Source: Paraspadella gotoi (taxonomy: Eukaryota; Animalia; Chaetognatha). Taken from it: 64,000 nucleotides of DNA. The translations under genes and the position numbers were made by a program. The notes below the pieces were generated by a model that did no database searches, was not told the origin of the DNA, and was given only the letters and a program-made list of their open reading frames with translations. The stretch covers positions 5,438,556-5,502,555 of the forward strand of contig CM119265.1 in assembly GCA_051294375.1 (NCBI GenBank), read 5' to 3'. Shown in pieces: positions 1-11,389 of this stretch (position 1 is its first letter; the number at the start of each line of letters is the position of its first letter).

Positions 1-661
1 CCTCACAAGATCCTTTTCTTCCTCCATTTGCGGATTCCGTCCCATCAAAATTGCTCGATCGTTGCGGCAGACTTCCGCTTCGGAGATGTCGATCTCTTGC
101 AACAGGTCTTGCTTGCTTTCGATGTCTTAAAAGAAGACGGGGGGAAAAAAATTCACCCCCAATTAGTTTGTGAAACTCCGCTTTGTAACGATATTGGTTC
201 TGATACTGTGTATGAAATTGGTACAACCAATGTAAAAATTATCCATTCATTCCATTCATTTAATAAATAAACTATCTTGCCCCTGACTTTGGACAGGCTT
301 TGGTGGTTTAAGGCCTCCATCACTCTTACAAGATAATGACAAAGCAGGTCCATGCATATTATTCATATTAATCGATCGATAAAAGCAATGAACTCGAACC
401 TTCTTCCCAAGCCTTGGCAAGTTTGACGACGGGATTGGCATTGTACTTGAGTCTCTTCTCAAAGAGCAAGGAGAGATTGTCGATGCACTTGGCCTCAACG
501 ATGCTGGCCGATTTGACGTTGTAGCGTCGCTGGCCCTCGAATAGGTCCACTCGACGCTGGAGGCGCTGCTCGCTCATCGAGCGGAATCTCTGAAAATTGT
601 CCATCTTTTTCCGGATGCTCTTCTTCGCCATCTTTCGGCGACGTTCCAACTTTTGCTCCAT
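1..661 (-). CDS. 5' part of an unknown charged, probably coiled-coil protein (exons ~661-400 and ~126-1, continues beyond the window)
   Basis: MEQKLERRRKMAKKSIRKK... exon ends at a GT donor (GAAG|GTTCGA). An AG acceptor near 127 leads to DIESKQDLLQEIDISEAEVCRNDRAILMGRNPQMEEEKDLVR. GC-rich exon composition. Confidence 0.55.
215..345. repeat. Dispersed repeat family C (core CTATCTTGCCCCTGACTTTGGACAGGCTTTGGTGGTTTAAGGCCTCCATCACTCTTACAAGATAATGA)
   Basis: The same core recurs at ~50481-50562, ~51820-51870 and ~52067-52140. Confidence 0.75.
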
Positions 662-1538
662 CTCTTGGGTCGTAGTTTGTTTGTTTGTTTTTTTCAATTT
701 TTATACAATCAAATTATTATTATTTGTTATACTTCTTTGTATAATGTACAATTGTTCGCAACGTTGGTGGTCACTGACACTATTTATCTTTCATCGGAAA
801 GTTTTTGTAGAGTTTTCAAAAAAGTCGTACAAACTTAGTTCGTATAACACGGCATTTATAAAGTAAGAAGCAGAAAACTCTTCGCCGAGTTCCGGGTTCG
901 AAGAGATATAAATATTTTCGATTCCAGTCGAATCATCTCTNNNNNNNNNNTCTCGAAGATTCCGAACCGCTCATAAACTTGATGTATGACTTTTTCCGAT
1001 CGCGAAAATTTTTAATCATTTCCGAGCCCACCTCTTTTCCGCCCATCGTCGCCTTCGTCTTCGTTTGCGTGGCGTGTCAAAAAAGTCTAACCCGCGCGCC
1101 CCATGACCTTCGGATCCCGATGGGTACAAAACTGTTTTCATAACTTAATCGTGCGTTAAATCTGTCAAGAATAATGACTGAAATGACCTGCATTTTTAAG
1201 TCGACTCGTGGTCTAAATCTCCACGGTGACCCGACCATAAATGTAGTTTTTTTTTACAGAACAATTCGGACTATTGGTTGGTTTAAAGCAGTCTATGAAA
1301 ATTTGATTGGAGATCGGCTGTTTATATTTAGTAATAAAATTTACTAATGAAAAAAGTAGGAGATCAAACCTTAATTCATCAGAGAAAAAATAAAAATAAT
1401 AATCACACAAGGTTCGCATACGAGAAACGAAAGTCGAAAATACCAGTTTAAAAATCCATCAATGGATAAAAAAAATATAAATATTGGCGAAAGATAATAA
1501 TAATTAGACCCGCAAGTTTTATACTTTCGCCGTTCATT

Positions 1539-4500
1539 TCAAAGTTTGATAAAAGGCGACGAATATTTCGTCCGGTACGATTTGGGATACAAATCCGCGC
1601 CGGGAATCGTGTAGACCGGCGTCATGACTCTCTTTCCCTTGCCTCCTTTGTCATCGGCGTCAGCGTTCGTTTCCAATCGATCCAACGGGGGCGCCGTCGT
1701 GTTTTTTTCCTCCTCGACGTCCGAAGCATCACTGCCGCGTCGCTCAGGTCTCTTTTTCCTGTGAAAAAACCGCGTAAGTGAATGAATTCATTCGTTATAT
1801 GTCTGTTTCGCTACTTCGTGTTGAAATATTAAAACAATAAAGGATAAAAGGATTAAAACCTTTAAATATTAAATACTCAGTTAATTATTTGAAAATTAAT
1901 ATCGATATTAAAACACAAACGTTACGTACTAAAACGAATGAAAAATTCTTAATTTGTTCACACTCTTTTAAACTAATAATATATCCAATTTTATTCGAAT
2001 ACAACAAGGTTGATTCAGTTCAATCATCATCAACAAACAAATATAGACTAAGTCTGTGCAAACGAAAAACATAATAAAATAGAGAGGAAAAAAAAACACT
2101 AATGAACACTAATGAAAATTATTGTAATAAAACTACGCAATTTTCGCATAGAGTTTCGTACATATAATACATAATATATAATATTATGTAATATATATCA
2201 CTCAAAAACAAATGAAATACATAGCTTTGCGCAAAGTTTCCCGACGATGGCAAATGAGAGAGACTAAGGAAACCAACATATGGCAAAAAACACTCTTGCT
2301 ATCCAATTCCAATTTCGTTGGCTCGCATTCTGCGAAGCGAATAGAAAGGGTTTACTTATAAAATATTTAAAAAAAAGCTAAAGAAGATATCTCACTTGCT
2401 ATTTTGTCATGACAATGGCACCACCTGATAACATCTGCGTCCACAACAAATTTATATTCGCGCTTTATTCAAGATCATTCCTAGAGTCGTTAAGAACATT
2501 ATATTGGTTGTACCAAATTCTCACCAGTGTGGCGGTATATTCACACCGCCTCACGTCCACCATCTTCAGCCAAATCCATTGGTCAGAAGGGAAACACACC
2601 ATCCCAAGTGATGAGTGTTCCATCCACAGTCCTAACGACTTCCCTCTGCATTGGCAAAGCGAGACCGTCCTAGGGTAACCGCGCCAGTGACTGGAGGCGT
2701 CACTGAGGGTCGGAAGCCCCAAAGCCAACAGTGAGATGCCCCATCCCAATGGGCATCACAGGCAACCCGGCTGTTGCCATAAGTGGTGAGCCCTACTATC
2801 GAACACGCAACCTTCTCAGGGTAGCTACGACAAACGCCTATGCCCTGCCGAACTTTGGTACGCTATGACAAACGCCTATGCCCCTGGGGTATGCTACGAC
2901 AAAACGCCTATGCCCCCACAACTCGCGCTCTCTCTCTCTATCTCCCACTATGGTAACAGTCTTGTCAAGACACCTCTCAGGCTTTGAGAAACCTGAGTGA
3001 TGTCTTGGCCGGGGATCCTGTGCGGTATATTCAACACTGCCTCACGTCCACCATCTTTCAGCCAAACCCATTGCTCAGAGGGGAACACACCATCCAAGTG
3101 TAGTGTTCCATCCACAGTCCTAACGACTTCCCTCTGCGTTGGCAAAGCGAGACCGTCCTAGGGTAACCGCGCCAGTGACTGGAGGCGTCACTGAGGGTCG
3201 GAAGCCCCCAAAGCCAACAGTTGAGATGCCCCATCCAATGGGCATCACAGGCAACCCGGCTGTTGCCATACCGGACGGTTTTTTCCCGTAACATAACTTT
3301 CCGCAGATCTTAATGAGGTCGCATTGCTGGCTGACATTCTTTACGCAACCGTTGCAATCGTAACACCCAAATTTGCTGCAGCCGTAAATTGGTACCTTGT
3401 CCCAACTTCCATCGATGTTCTGGTAAAAAGGGTCAAGTTTTAAGCCAGAACGAATGAAAAATAATAATAACAGACAAAATTGGCTTGAAACCATTGTTAA
3501 GTTTTTTCTCAGCAGATATTGTCAATAAGTTTTTATAGGCGAAAATATCTTCCGCGACATGCACGGCGTTTCGACTTCATTCTGAAATAAAAAAAAGCGT
3601 TGTGTTCCTTTGTATGTCGTTGGATTTACGGTTCAAAATATAGAATTTATACATGTATTTAAATACATATACTATATAGTTTTCATTGTACAATGTACCT
3701 AACGCGTAACCAGCCGATTCCATCTGTTGGTGCGCCAACTTTAGCCCCGGTGTATTGTTGTTTTTCTTACAATACACTGACTTTTTTTCTCTTACGATCC
3801 TGTCATTATGTACGTACTTGACCGAGTCTAATCATTAGTCCGTCGTGAAGACGAGCCACCTGTTGTGAATTTGAAATGCGGCAAAATCGTTGACTAACAA
3901 AACGTAAATAAATAAACGTTAGTTTCTAGCGGTGAATGATTGATTTCATCGAAGAGTCGACGACGACCAAGCGCGAAAGACCGACGGTGACGCCGAGTCA
4001 CAGTTAACTTGTTATTAAACGCGGGTCATTTCAAGGTCAAACATCGAAATTCCTGGATGTAATTCCTTTTAAGACTCACTTGACAAAATCTCGATTGTAC
4101 GCAGACGATACGAGACAATTGTTCCATTTCTGCATTGACGATTTGGACGCGACGCTGAAGACACCAACGGGTGACACGATGCATAAGATTAAAAAAAACA
4201 GCCAAACGGATGAATAATTTCTTTTCATATTTTTTGCGTTTTATTTCTAAGCATTTTTTTATGCGTCTTCCAGCCAACGCCCGAGGTTGAAAGAGTGCAT
4301 CGTTACGAGCAAACATTGAAATGACGCATGCGCAAATGTGCAAAGAGACGATAAGCAAAAAAGCGGAAGTAGTTAGCGAGCGCCTTTCAACGTACATTAC
4401 CTACATTTTAGCTTTATAACACACTTCTTTCCTGATGATCTAAAAAATACTTTGAATAAATACAGGAAACACGTTTGAGAAATGCAATTTAATGTAATAC

Positions 4501-7500
4501 TAAGTACGTCATCAGTAGTTCCAGTTTCATCTCAACAGACAGCCGTTTTCAAGTCCGAAGTTTGAAATTCAGAAAAGCAATGCGAAAAAAAGTACAGTAC
4601 GACAAGACAAAAAAAATCATTGGTAAGAAAAATAATTAGAGAAAACGTTTTTCAACAACAACAATTTCGATGCAGAAAATTCAAATCTTTTTGACAAGAG
4701 ATACATTCAAAATAGAGAGTTAATTTAGAGGAGCGGCAATTAATCAAAAATTAATCAAAACCTTTTTAGAACATTATACTTAAATAATGTTTGCAAAATC
4801 ATTCTTCTAACAGCGTTGCGCCTCGTTTGAGAAGCGAGACTTACGTCCGAGTTGACGACACAGCTTTCCGACCAAAATCACATTCGATCTGTGGTGTAGA
4901 TCGGGATGAAAGTACTTTATTTTTATTTTAAAATTGTTTTCCGACGTTAGCCTATATTGAGTTTTAAAATTTCAAAGACAAACCTTGGAAGACGTTTTTA
5001 ATGTTTTTTACAACTACTTTATTTGTAAAAACGTACATGTTTCGGCTTACATACAAGCCTTCTTCAGCGTTAACAAATTATTTGTGAATTTTAAATTGAT
5101 TTGTGCAAAAAGAAGAAGAGAGAGAGAGAGAGAAAGAGAGAAAAATAGAAGAGAGAGGGCATAGTTTCCAACACAGAGATGAAGAAAAGAATAGTGGTCA
5201 GATGTGAGGACAGGTTAAGATAAGGAACAGATTGAGTTAGATTGTGAAAAGAAATATAATGGTGAAAGGAGAAGAGAGAGAGAGAGAGAGAGCAGAGAAA
5301 TATTAGAAACAATACATTATAATAATAAAAAAACATTAAAACGTCTTCAATATGCAATCACAACGAAAAAGAAAAGAAATTCCACGATGTCTAAGACAAA
5401 TCTTATAAAAATTTTAAACAGTAATTCCGACGTTTTTATTTTTAAAAAGTCGATTTACGAAGATAAAAGTTAAATTTATCTTCGACGGGCAGCATACTCG
5501 TGAACCACACTCAAACTCTCAACTCCTCACCTTCTTGGGACAAGCTTCGACTTGGCATTGCTCCAGAGTCGGCAACTTCAACGCAGGCTCCGACGGAGCC
5601 GTCAACGTAGCAGGACCCGCGCGTTAATAACTCGAGATGAAGCGGCAGTAATTCTCCGACTGCGCCAGAGCGACGGCGACGCAGCGCCTTGTGGCCTCGG
5701 AACACGTTAGGGAAGTTACGTTAACATGTCGGACCAGCGTAGACAGGTCTTGCCGTGCGCGAGATGGACAACGTGCCGATATAAGAACGCGGTTCCGCAC
5801 GTTCAGGCATTCTGTGTTTTTCAAGCGAGAAGGTCATTCAATTTTGTGAAATTAATCTTTGTAAAAAAGGGGCTCGAAGTATTTGTGAGAAAGTAAGGAA
5901 CCTTCGATTCGACCATACTTAACCTTTTGGACAGATTGGAATATCGCAGTATTGATACTTCGTGTTGGGAACTGAAAAAAAATGAATAAAACAAAAAAAA
6001 CTTCGCTTACAATTCCGTGACAAGGAGAGCAAAATGATACGATTGTAGACAGACCCCTTCGATGTAACACCGCGGGCCCATCGGATCGTAGTCGGGATTC
6101 CTGCAGTTGTTCCTGGCTTTTTTTAGGACAGGATACTTTTCTTTATTCATTCCATCCCTCGTTTTGACGACCCCAGAGAGGTGACTCTCCGCCATGACAG
6201 GCATGTCNNNNNNNNNNNNNNNNNNNNNNNNNAAAAACGCTAAGAAGATATCTCACTTGCTATTTTGTCATGACAATGGCACCACCTGGATACATCTGCG
6301 TCCACAACAAATTTATATTCGCGCTTATTCAAGATCATTCCTAGAGTCGTTAAGAACATTATATTGGTTGTACCAAATTCTCACCAGACGGTTTTTCCCG
6401 TAACATACCTTTCCCGCAGATCTTAATGAGGTCGCATTGCTGGCTGACATTCTTTACGCAACCGTTGCAATCGTAACACCCAAATTTGCTGCAGCCGTAA
6501 ATTGGTACCTTGTCCCAACTTCCATCGATGTTCTGGTAAAAAGGGTCAAGTTTTAAGCCGAACGAATGAAAATAATAATAACAGACAAAATTGGCTTGAA
6601 CCATTGTTAAGTTTTTTCTCAAGCAGATATTGTCACATAAGTTTTTATAGGCGAAATATCTTCCCGACATGCACGGCGTTTCGACTTCATTCTGAAATAA
6701 AAAAAAGCGTTGTGTTCCTTTGTATGCGTTGGATTTACGGTTCAAAATATAGAATTTATACATGTATTTAAATACATATACTATATAGTTTTCATTGTAC
6801 AATGTACATAACGCGTAACCAGCCGATTCCATCTGTTGGTGCGCCAACTTTAGCCCCGGTGTATTGTTGTTTTTCTTACAATACACTGACTTTTTTTCTC
6901 TTTACGATCCTGTCATTATGTACGTACTTGACCGAGTCTAATCATTAGTCCGTCGTGAAGACGAGCCACCTGTTGTGAATTTGAAATGCGGCAAAATCGT
7001 TGACTAACAAAACGTAAATAAATAAACGTTAGTTTCTAGCGTGAATGATGATTTCATCGAAGAGTCGACGACGACCACGCGAAAGACCGACGGTGACGCC
7101 GAGTCACAGTTAACTTGTTATTAACGCGGGTCATTTCAAGGTCAAACATCGAAATTCCTGGATGTAATTCCTTTTAAGACTCACTTGACAAAATCTCGAT
7201 TGTACGCAGGACGATACGAGACAACTTGTTCCATTTCTGCATTTGACGATTTTGGACGCGACGCTGAAGACACCAACGGGTGACTCGATGCATAAGATTA
7301 AAAAAAACAGCCAAACGGATGAATAATTTCTTTTCATATTTTTTGCGTTTTATTTCTAAGCATTTTTTTATGCGTCTTCCAGCCACGCCCGAGGTTGAAA
7401 GAGTGCATCGTTACGAGCAACATTGAAATGACGCATGCGCAATGTGCAAGAGACGATAAGCAAAAAAGCGGAAGTAGTTAGCGAGCGCCTTTCAACGTAC

Positions 7501-8362
7501 ATTACCTACATTTTAGCTTATAACACACTTCTTTTCCTGATGATCTAAAAAATACTTTGAATAAATACAGGAACACGTTTGAGAAATGCAATTTAATGTA
7601 ATACTAAGTACGTCATCGTAGTTCCAGTTTCATCTCCAACAGACAGGCCGTTTCAAGTCCGAAGTTTGAATTCAGAAAAGCATGCGAAAAAAAGTACAGT
7701 ACGACAAGACAAAAAAAATCATTGGTAAGAAAAATAATTAGAGAAAACGTTTTTCACAACCAACAATTTCGATGCAGAAAATTCAAATCTTTTTTGACAA
7801 GAGATACATTCAAAATAGAGAGTTAATTTAGAGGAGCGGCAATTAATCAAAAATTAATCAAAACCTTTTTAGAACATTATACTTAAATAATGTTGCAAAA
7901 TCATTCTTCTAACAGCGTTGCGCCTCGTTTGAGAAGCGAGACTTCGTCCGAGTTGACGACACGCTTTCCGACCAAAATCACATTCGGATCTGTGGTGTAG
8001 ATCGGGATGAAAGTACTTTATTTTTATTTAAAATTGTTTTCCGACGTTAGCCTATATTGAGTTTTAAATTTCAAGACAAACCTTGGAAGACGTTTTTAAT
8101 GTTTTTCTACAACTACTTTATTTGTAAAAACGTACATGTTTCGGCTTACATACAAGCCTTCTTCAGCGTTAACAAATTATTTGTGAATTTTTAAATTGAT
8201 TTGTGCAAAAGAAGAAGAGAGAGAGAGAGAGAAAGAGAGAAAAATAGAGAGAGAGGGCATAGTTTCCAACACAGAGATGAGAAAAGAATAGTGGTCAGAT
8301 GTGAGGACAGGTTAAGATAAGGACAGATTGAGTTAGATTGTGAAAAGAAATTAAATGGTGAA

Positions 8363-8401
<39 letters not shown>

Positions 8402-10230
8402 AATATTAGAAACAATACATTATAATAATAAAAAAACATTAAAAACGTCTTCCAATATGCAATCACAACGAAAAAGAAAAAGAAATTCACGATGTCTAAG
8501 ACAAATCTTATAAAAATTTTAACGTAATTCCGACGTTTTTATTTTTAAAAGTCGATTTACGAAGATAAAAGTTTAAATTTATCTCTCGACGGCAGCATAC
8601 TCGTGACCACACTCAAACTCTCAAACTCCTCACCTTCTTTGGGACAAGCTTCGACTTGGCATTGCTCCAGAGTCGGCAACTTCAACGCAGGCTCCGACGG
8701 AGCCGTCACGTAGCAGGCCACCGCGTTAATACTCGAGATGAAGCGGCAGTAATTCTCCGACTGCGCCAGAGCGACGCGACGCAGCGCCTTGTGGCCTCGG
8801 AACACGTTAGGGAAGTTACGTAACATGTCGGACCAGCGTAGACAGGTCTTGCCCGTGCGCGAGATGGACAACGTGCCGATATAAGAACGCGGGTTCCGCA
8901 CGTTCAGGCATTCTGTGTTTTTCAAGCGAGAAGGTCATTCAATTTTGTGAAATAATCTTTGTAAAAAGGGCTCGAAGTATTGTGAGAAAGTAAGGAACCT
9001 TCGGATTCGACCATACTTAACCTTTTGGACAGATTGGAATATCGCAGTATTGATACTTCGTGTTGGGAACTGAAAAAAAATGAATAAAAAAAACAAAAAA
9101 CTTCGTTACAATTCCGTGACAAGGAGAGCAAAATGATACGATTGTAGACAGACCCCCTTCGATGTAACACCACGGGCCCATCGGATCGTAGTCGGGATTC
9201 CTGCAGTTGTTCCTGGCTTTTTTTAGGACAGGATACTTCTTTATCAATTCATCCTCGGTTTTGACGACCCCCAGAGAGGTGACGGTCTCCGCCCATGACA
9301 GGCATGTCAGTCCCGATTTGGTCGTGTTCTTGGTACCGCCGTAGGTGTCACCCAAACGGGTTCGCTTGCATTCTAAGTAATTTGAAAATCATTTATTGAT
9401 TTATGAACTTATTGATTTAATTATTATTTATTTATTTATTTATTTCATCACGCATAAAACGGGGTAAATCTTTTTCGCTCGAGTAAACAAAAAGATTTCG
9501 AAATCTTCTTTACCGTTTTTTTAAATTTCAGATTTTTTTTTCAGGATTTCTTTTTCTATATTTTTATTCCTGTAATTTTTTTTAAAAGAATTAATTACTA
9601 ATTACTAAGGCTTTTAAATAATCTATACAAAATATCGAGAATGGTTATTTCTTTAAACCTTTCATTCAAAATTCAAGTCATTGCTATGGTAAGAAAAGAA
9701 AGAATAAGAGGAGGATGAAGCAGATGAGGTAGGGTGAAAATCAGAGAGAAGAGAGAGAGAGAGAGACGAGAGAAAAGAAGAGAGAGGTCGCGTGTGATGC
9801 TGCCACAAGAGTTAGCAATCTTTGCAGGTATAGTTGGCGGCGGTCAAACCAGAGTCATCAGAATATTTCGGAGATTAAAATTTATCGGTAAAAAGACAGA
9901 TAAATCAAAAAAGAAAAGTAAAATCAGTTAAAATCTGTCAAGAATTCTTTCAAGAAGACTGTTCTCATTTCGTGCGGGCCATACCGTGAACATATCCATG
10001 AATTTCAGTAACGAGTTAAAGGTCTTTTTCATCCTCTTGAATTCGCCGTATGCGAACAAAAAAATTGTTTCAGGGAAAATTAAATAAAACGAAGAAAAGA
10101 TAACTTAATTCGCGAATTCCAACCTCGGTAAACGATAAAACTATTCTTTTTCGGTTTTACCCCTCGTTTTATGCCGTGATGTATTTAATTTATTTATTTA
10201 TTTATTTATTTATTTTTTATTTATTTATTT

Positions 10231-10294
<64 letters not shown>

Positions 10295-11316
10295 TATTAT
10301 TTATATTTATTTAATTTATTTTTTTTTTATATATTTATTTTATTTTTTTTTATTTTTATATTTATTTATTTTTTTTTTATTTTTATATTTATTTTAATTT
10401 TTTTTTTTATTTTTAATATATTATTTTATTTTTTTTTTATATTTATTTATTTAATTTATTTACAGATTGATTATTTATATATTTCAAATCTAGTAAGAGA
10501 AGTTTAACACTTATTTAATTTGTCCAAATTTTTTTTTTTCCAAATGAACCTTTGATAGGGGTACAAGCTTTCCCGAACGGAAAAGCGAGATTTGCATTGC
10601 GTGACAGCATTTCGTATCCCTCTTTGCATTGGCACTGAAAAAAAAATAGAAAAGGTTTTTCAAGGTGACGAAAGTTTCTCCAAATGACAACGTAAGTTTT
10701 TCCTCGAACTGAAAAAGAAAAAAACCCAAACAAAAGACAAGGGCGTCACCTCGAATCCGCCATCGTTGTTGACGCAAAGAGAATTCGTCCCCGCGGGACA
10801 AGGAGGATTCTCAGTCGCGCATTCGTCGATGTCTCGGCAAATTCCATCGTCGTCTTGTTCGTAGCCATCGAGACACGCGCACTTGAAAGATCCTGAGTAC
10901 AAGTGAGGAATTTTAAAACCTTATCTCTCTCTCTCTCCCTCCCTCTCTCTCCCCCTCTCTCCCTCTCTCTCAATTTATCGCTCTCACCCAACGTGTTTAC
11001 GCAATTGGCGCGCGCATCGCACGCATCCGGCTGCGCGCACTCGTCCACGTCCTCGCAATCTTCCGACGCTTCTGAGGCGACAAATCCTTCCGCGCAGATG
11101 CAATCGAAATCTCCTGGAAAATTCACGCAAACCTTCTTTCCGCCGCATCCGCCTCGAAAAAAAAAAAAAAAAGTAGACATGTGTGTGGACAACGATTATT
11201 CGCCGAGAATCGACGTCGTCGTTTTGGGTCGTTTTGGGTCATCTGCCATCGCCTCTCTGTTTGTCCTGCGTGAACTGAAATCATTTCACTTCATTCTCTC
11301 TCTCTCTCTCTCCTCT

Positions 11317-11389
<73 letters not shown>

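Larger units (their letters stand above)
2375..9307. repeat. Tandem duplication (copy 1 ~2375-6207, copy 2 ~6233-9307) joined at an N gap; probably two haplotypes or a scaffolding artefact
   Basis: Near-identical sequence differing mostly by 1-nt indels, with the junction at the N run 6208-6232. Copy 1 alone carries the 2528-3270 insertion. Confidence 0.9.

Noticed and set aside
2820-2920. CRISPR-like repeat-spacer array
   Set aside because: Only three repeats with spacers of 3-12 nt, in an animal genome inside an LTR element, with no cas genes.
4425-4482. Possible plus-strand hammerhead (CCTGATGA...GAAACACGT)
   Set aside because: Stem II does not pair convincingly; at most a decayed remnant.
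2375-9307. Real duplication of kringle and Cys-rich exons
   Set aside because: The junction is an N gap and the differences are scattered 1-nt indels that break exons in both copies; most likely uncollapsed haplotypes.
9790-9900. GC-richer intronic island with TGATGA, a possible snoRNA or hammerhead
   Set aside because: No matching D box or GAAA core could be identified.
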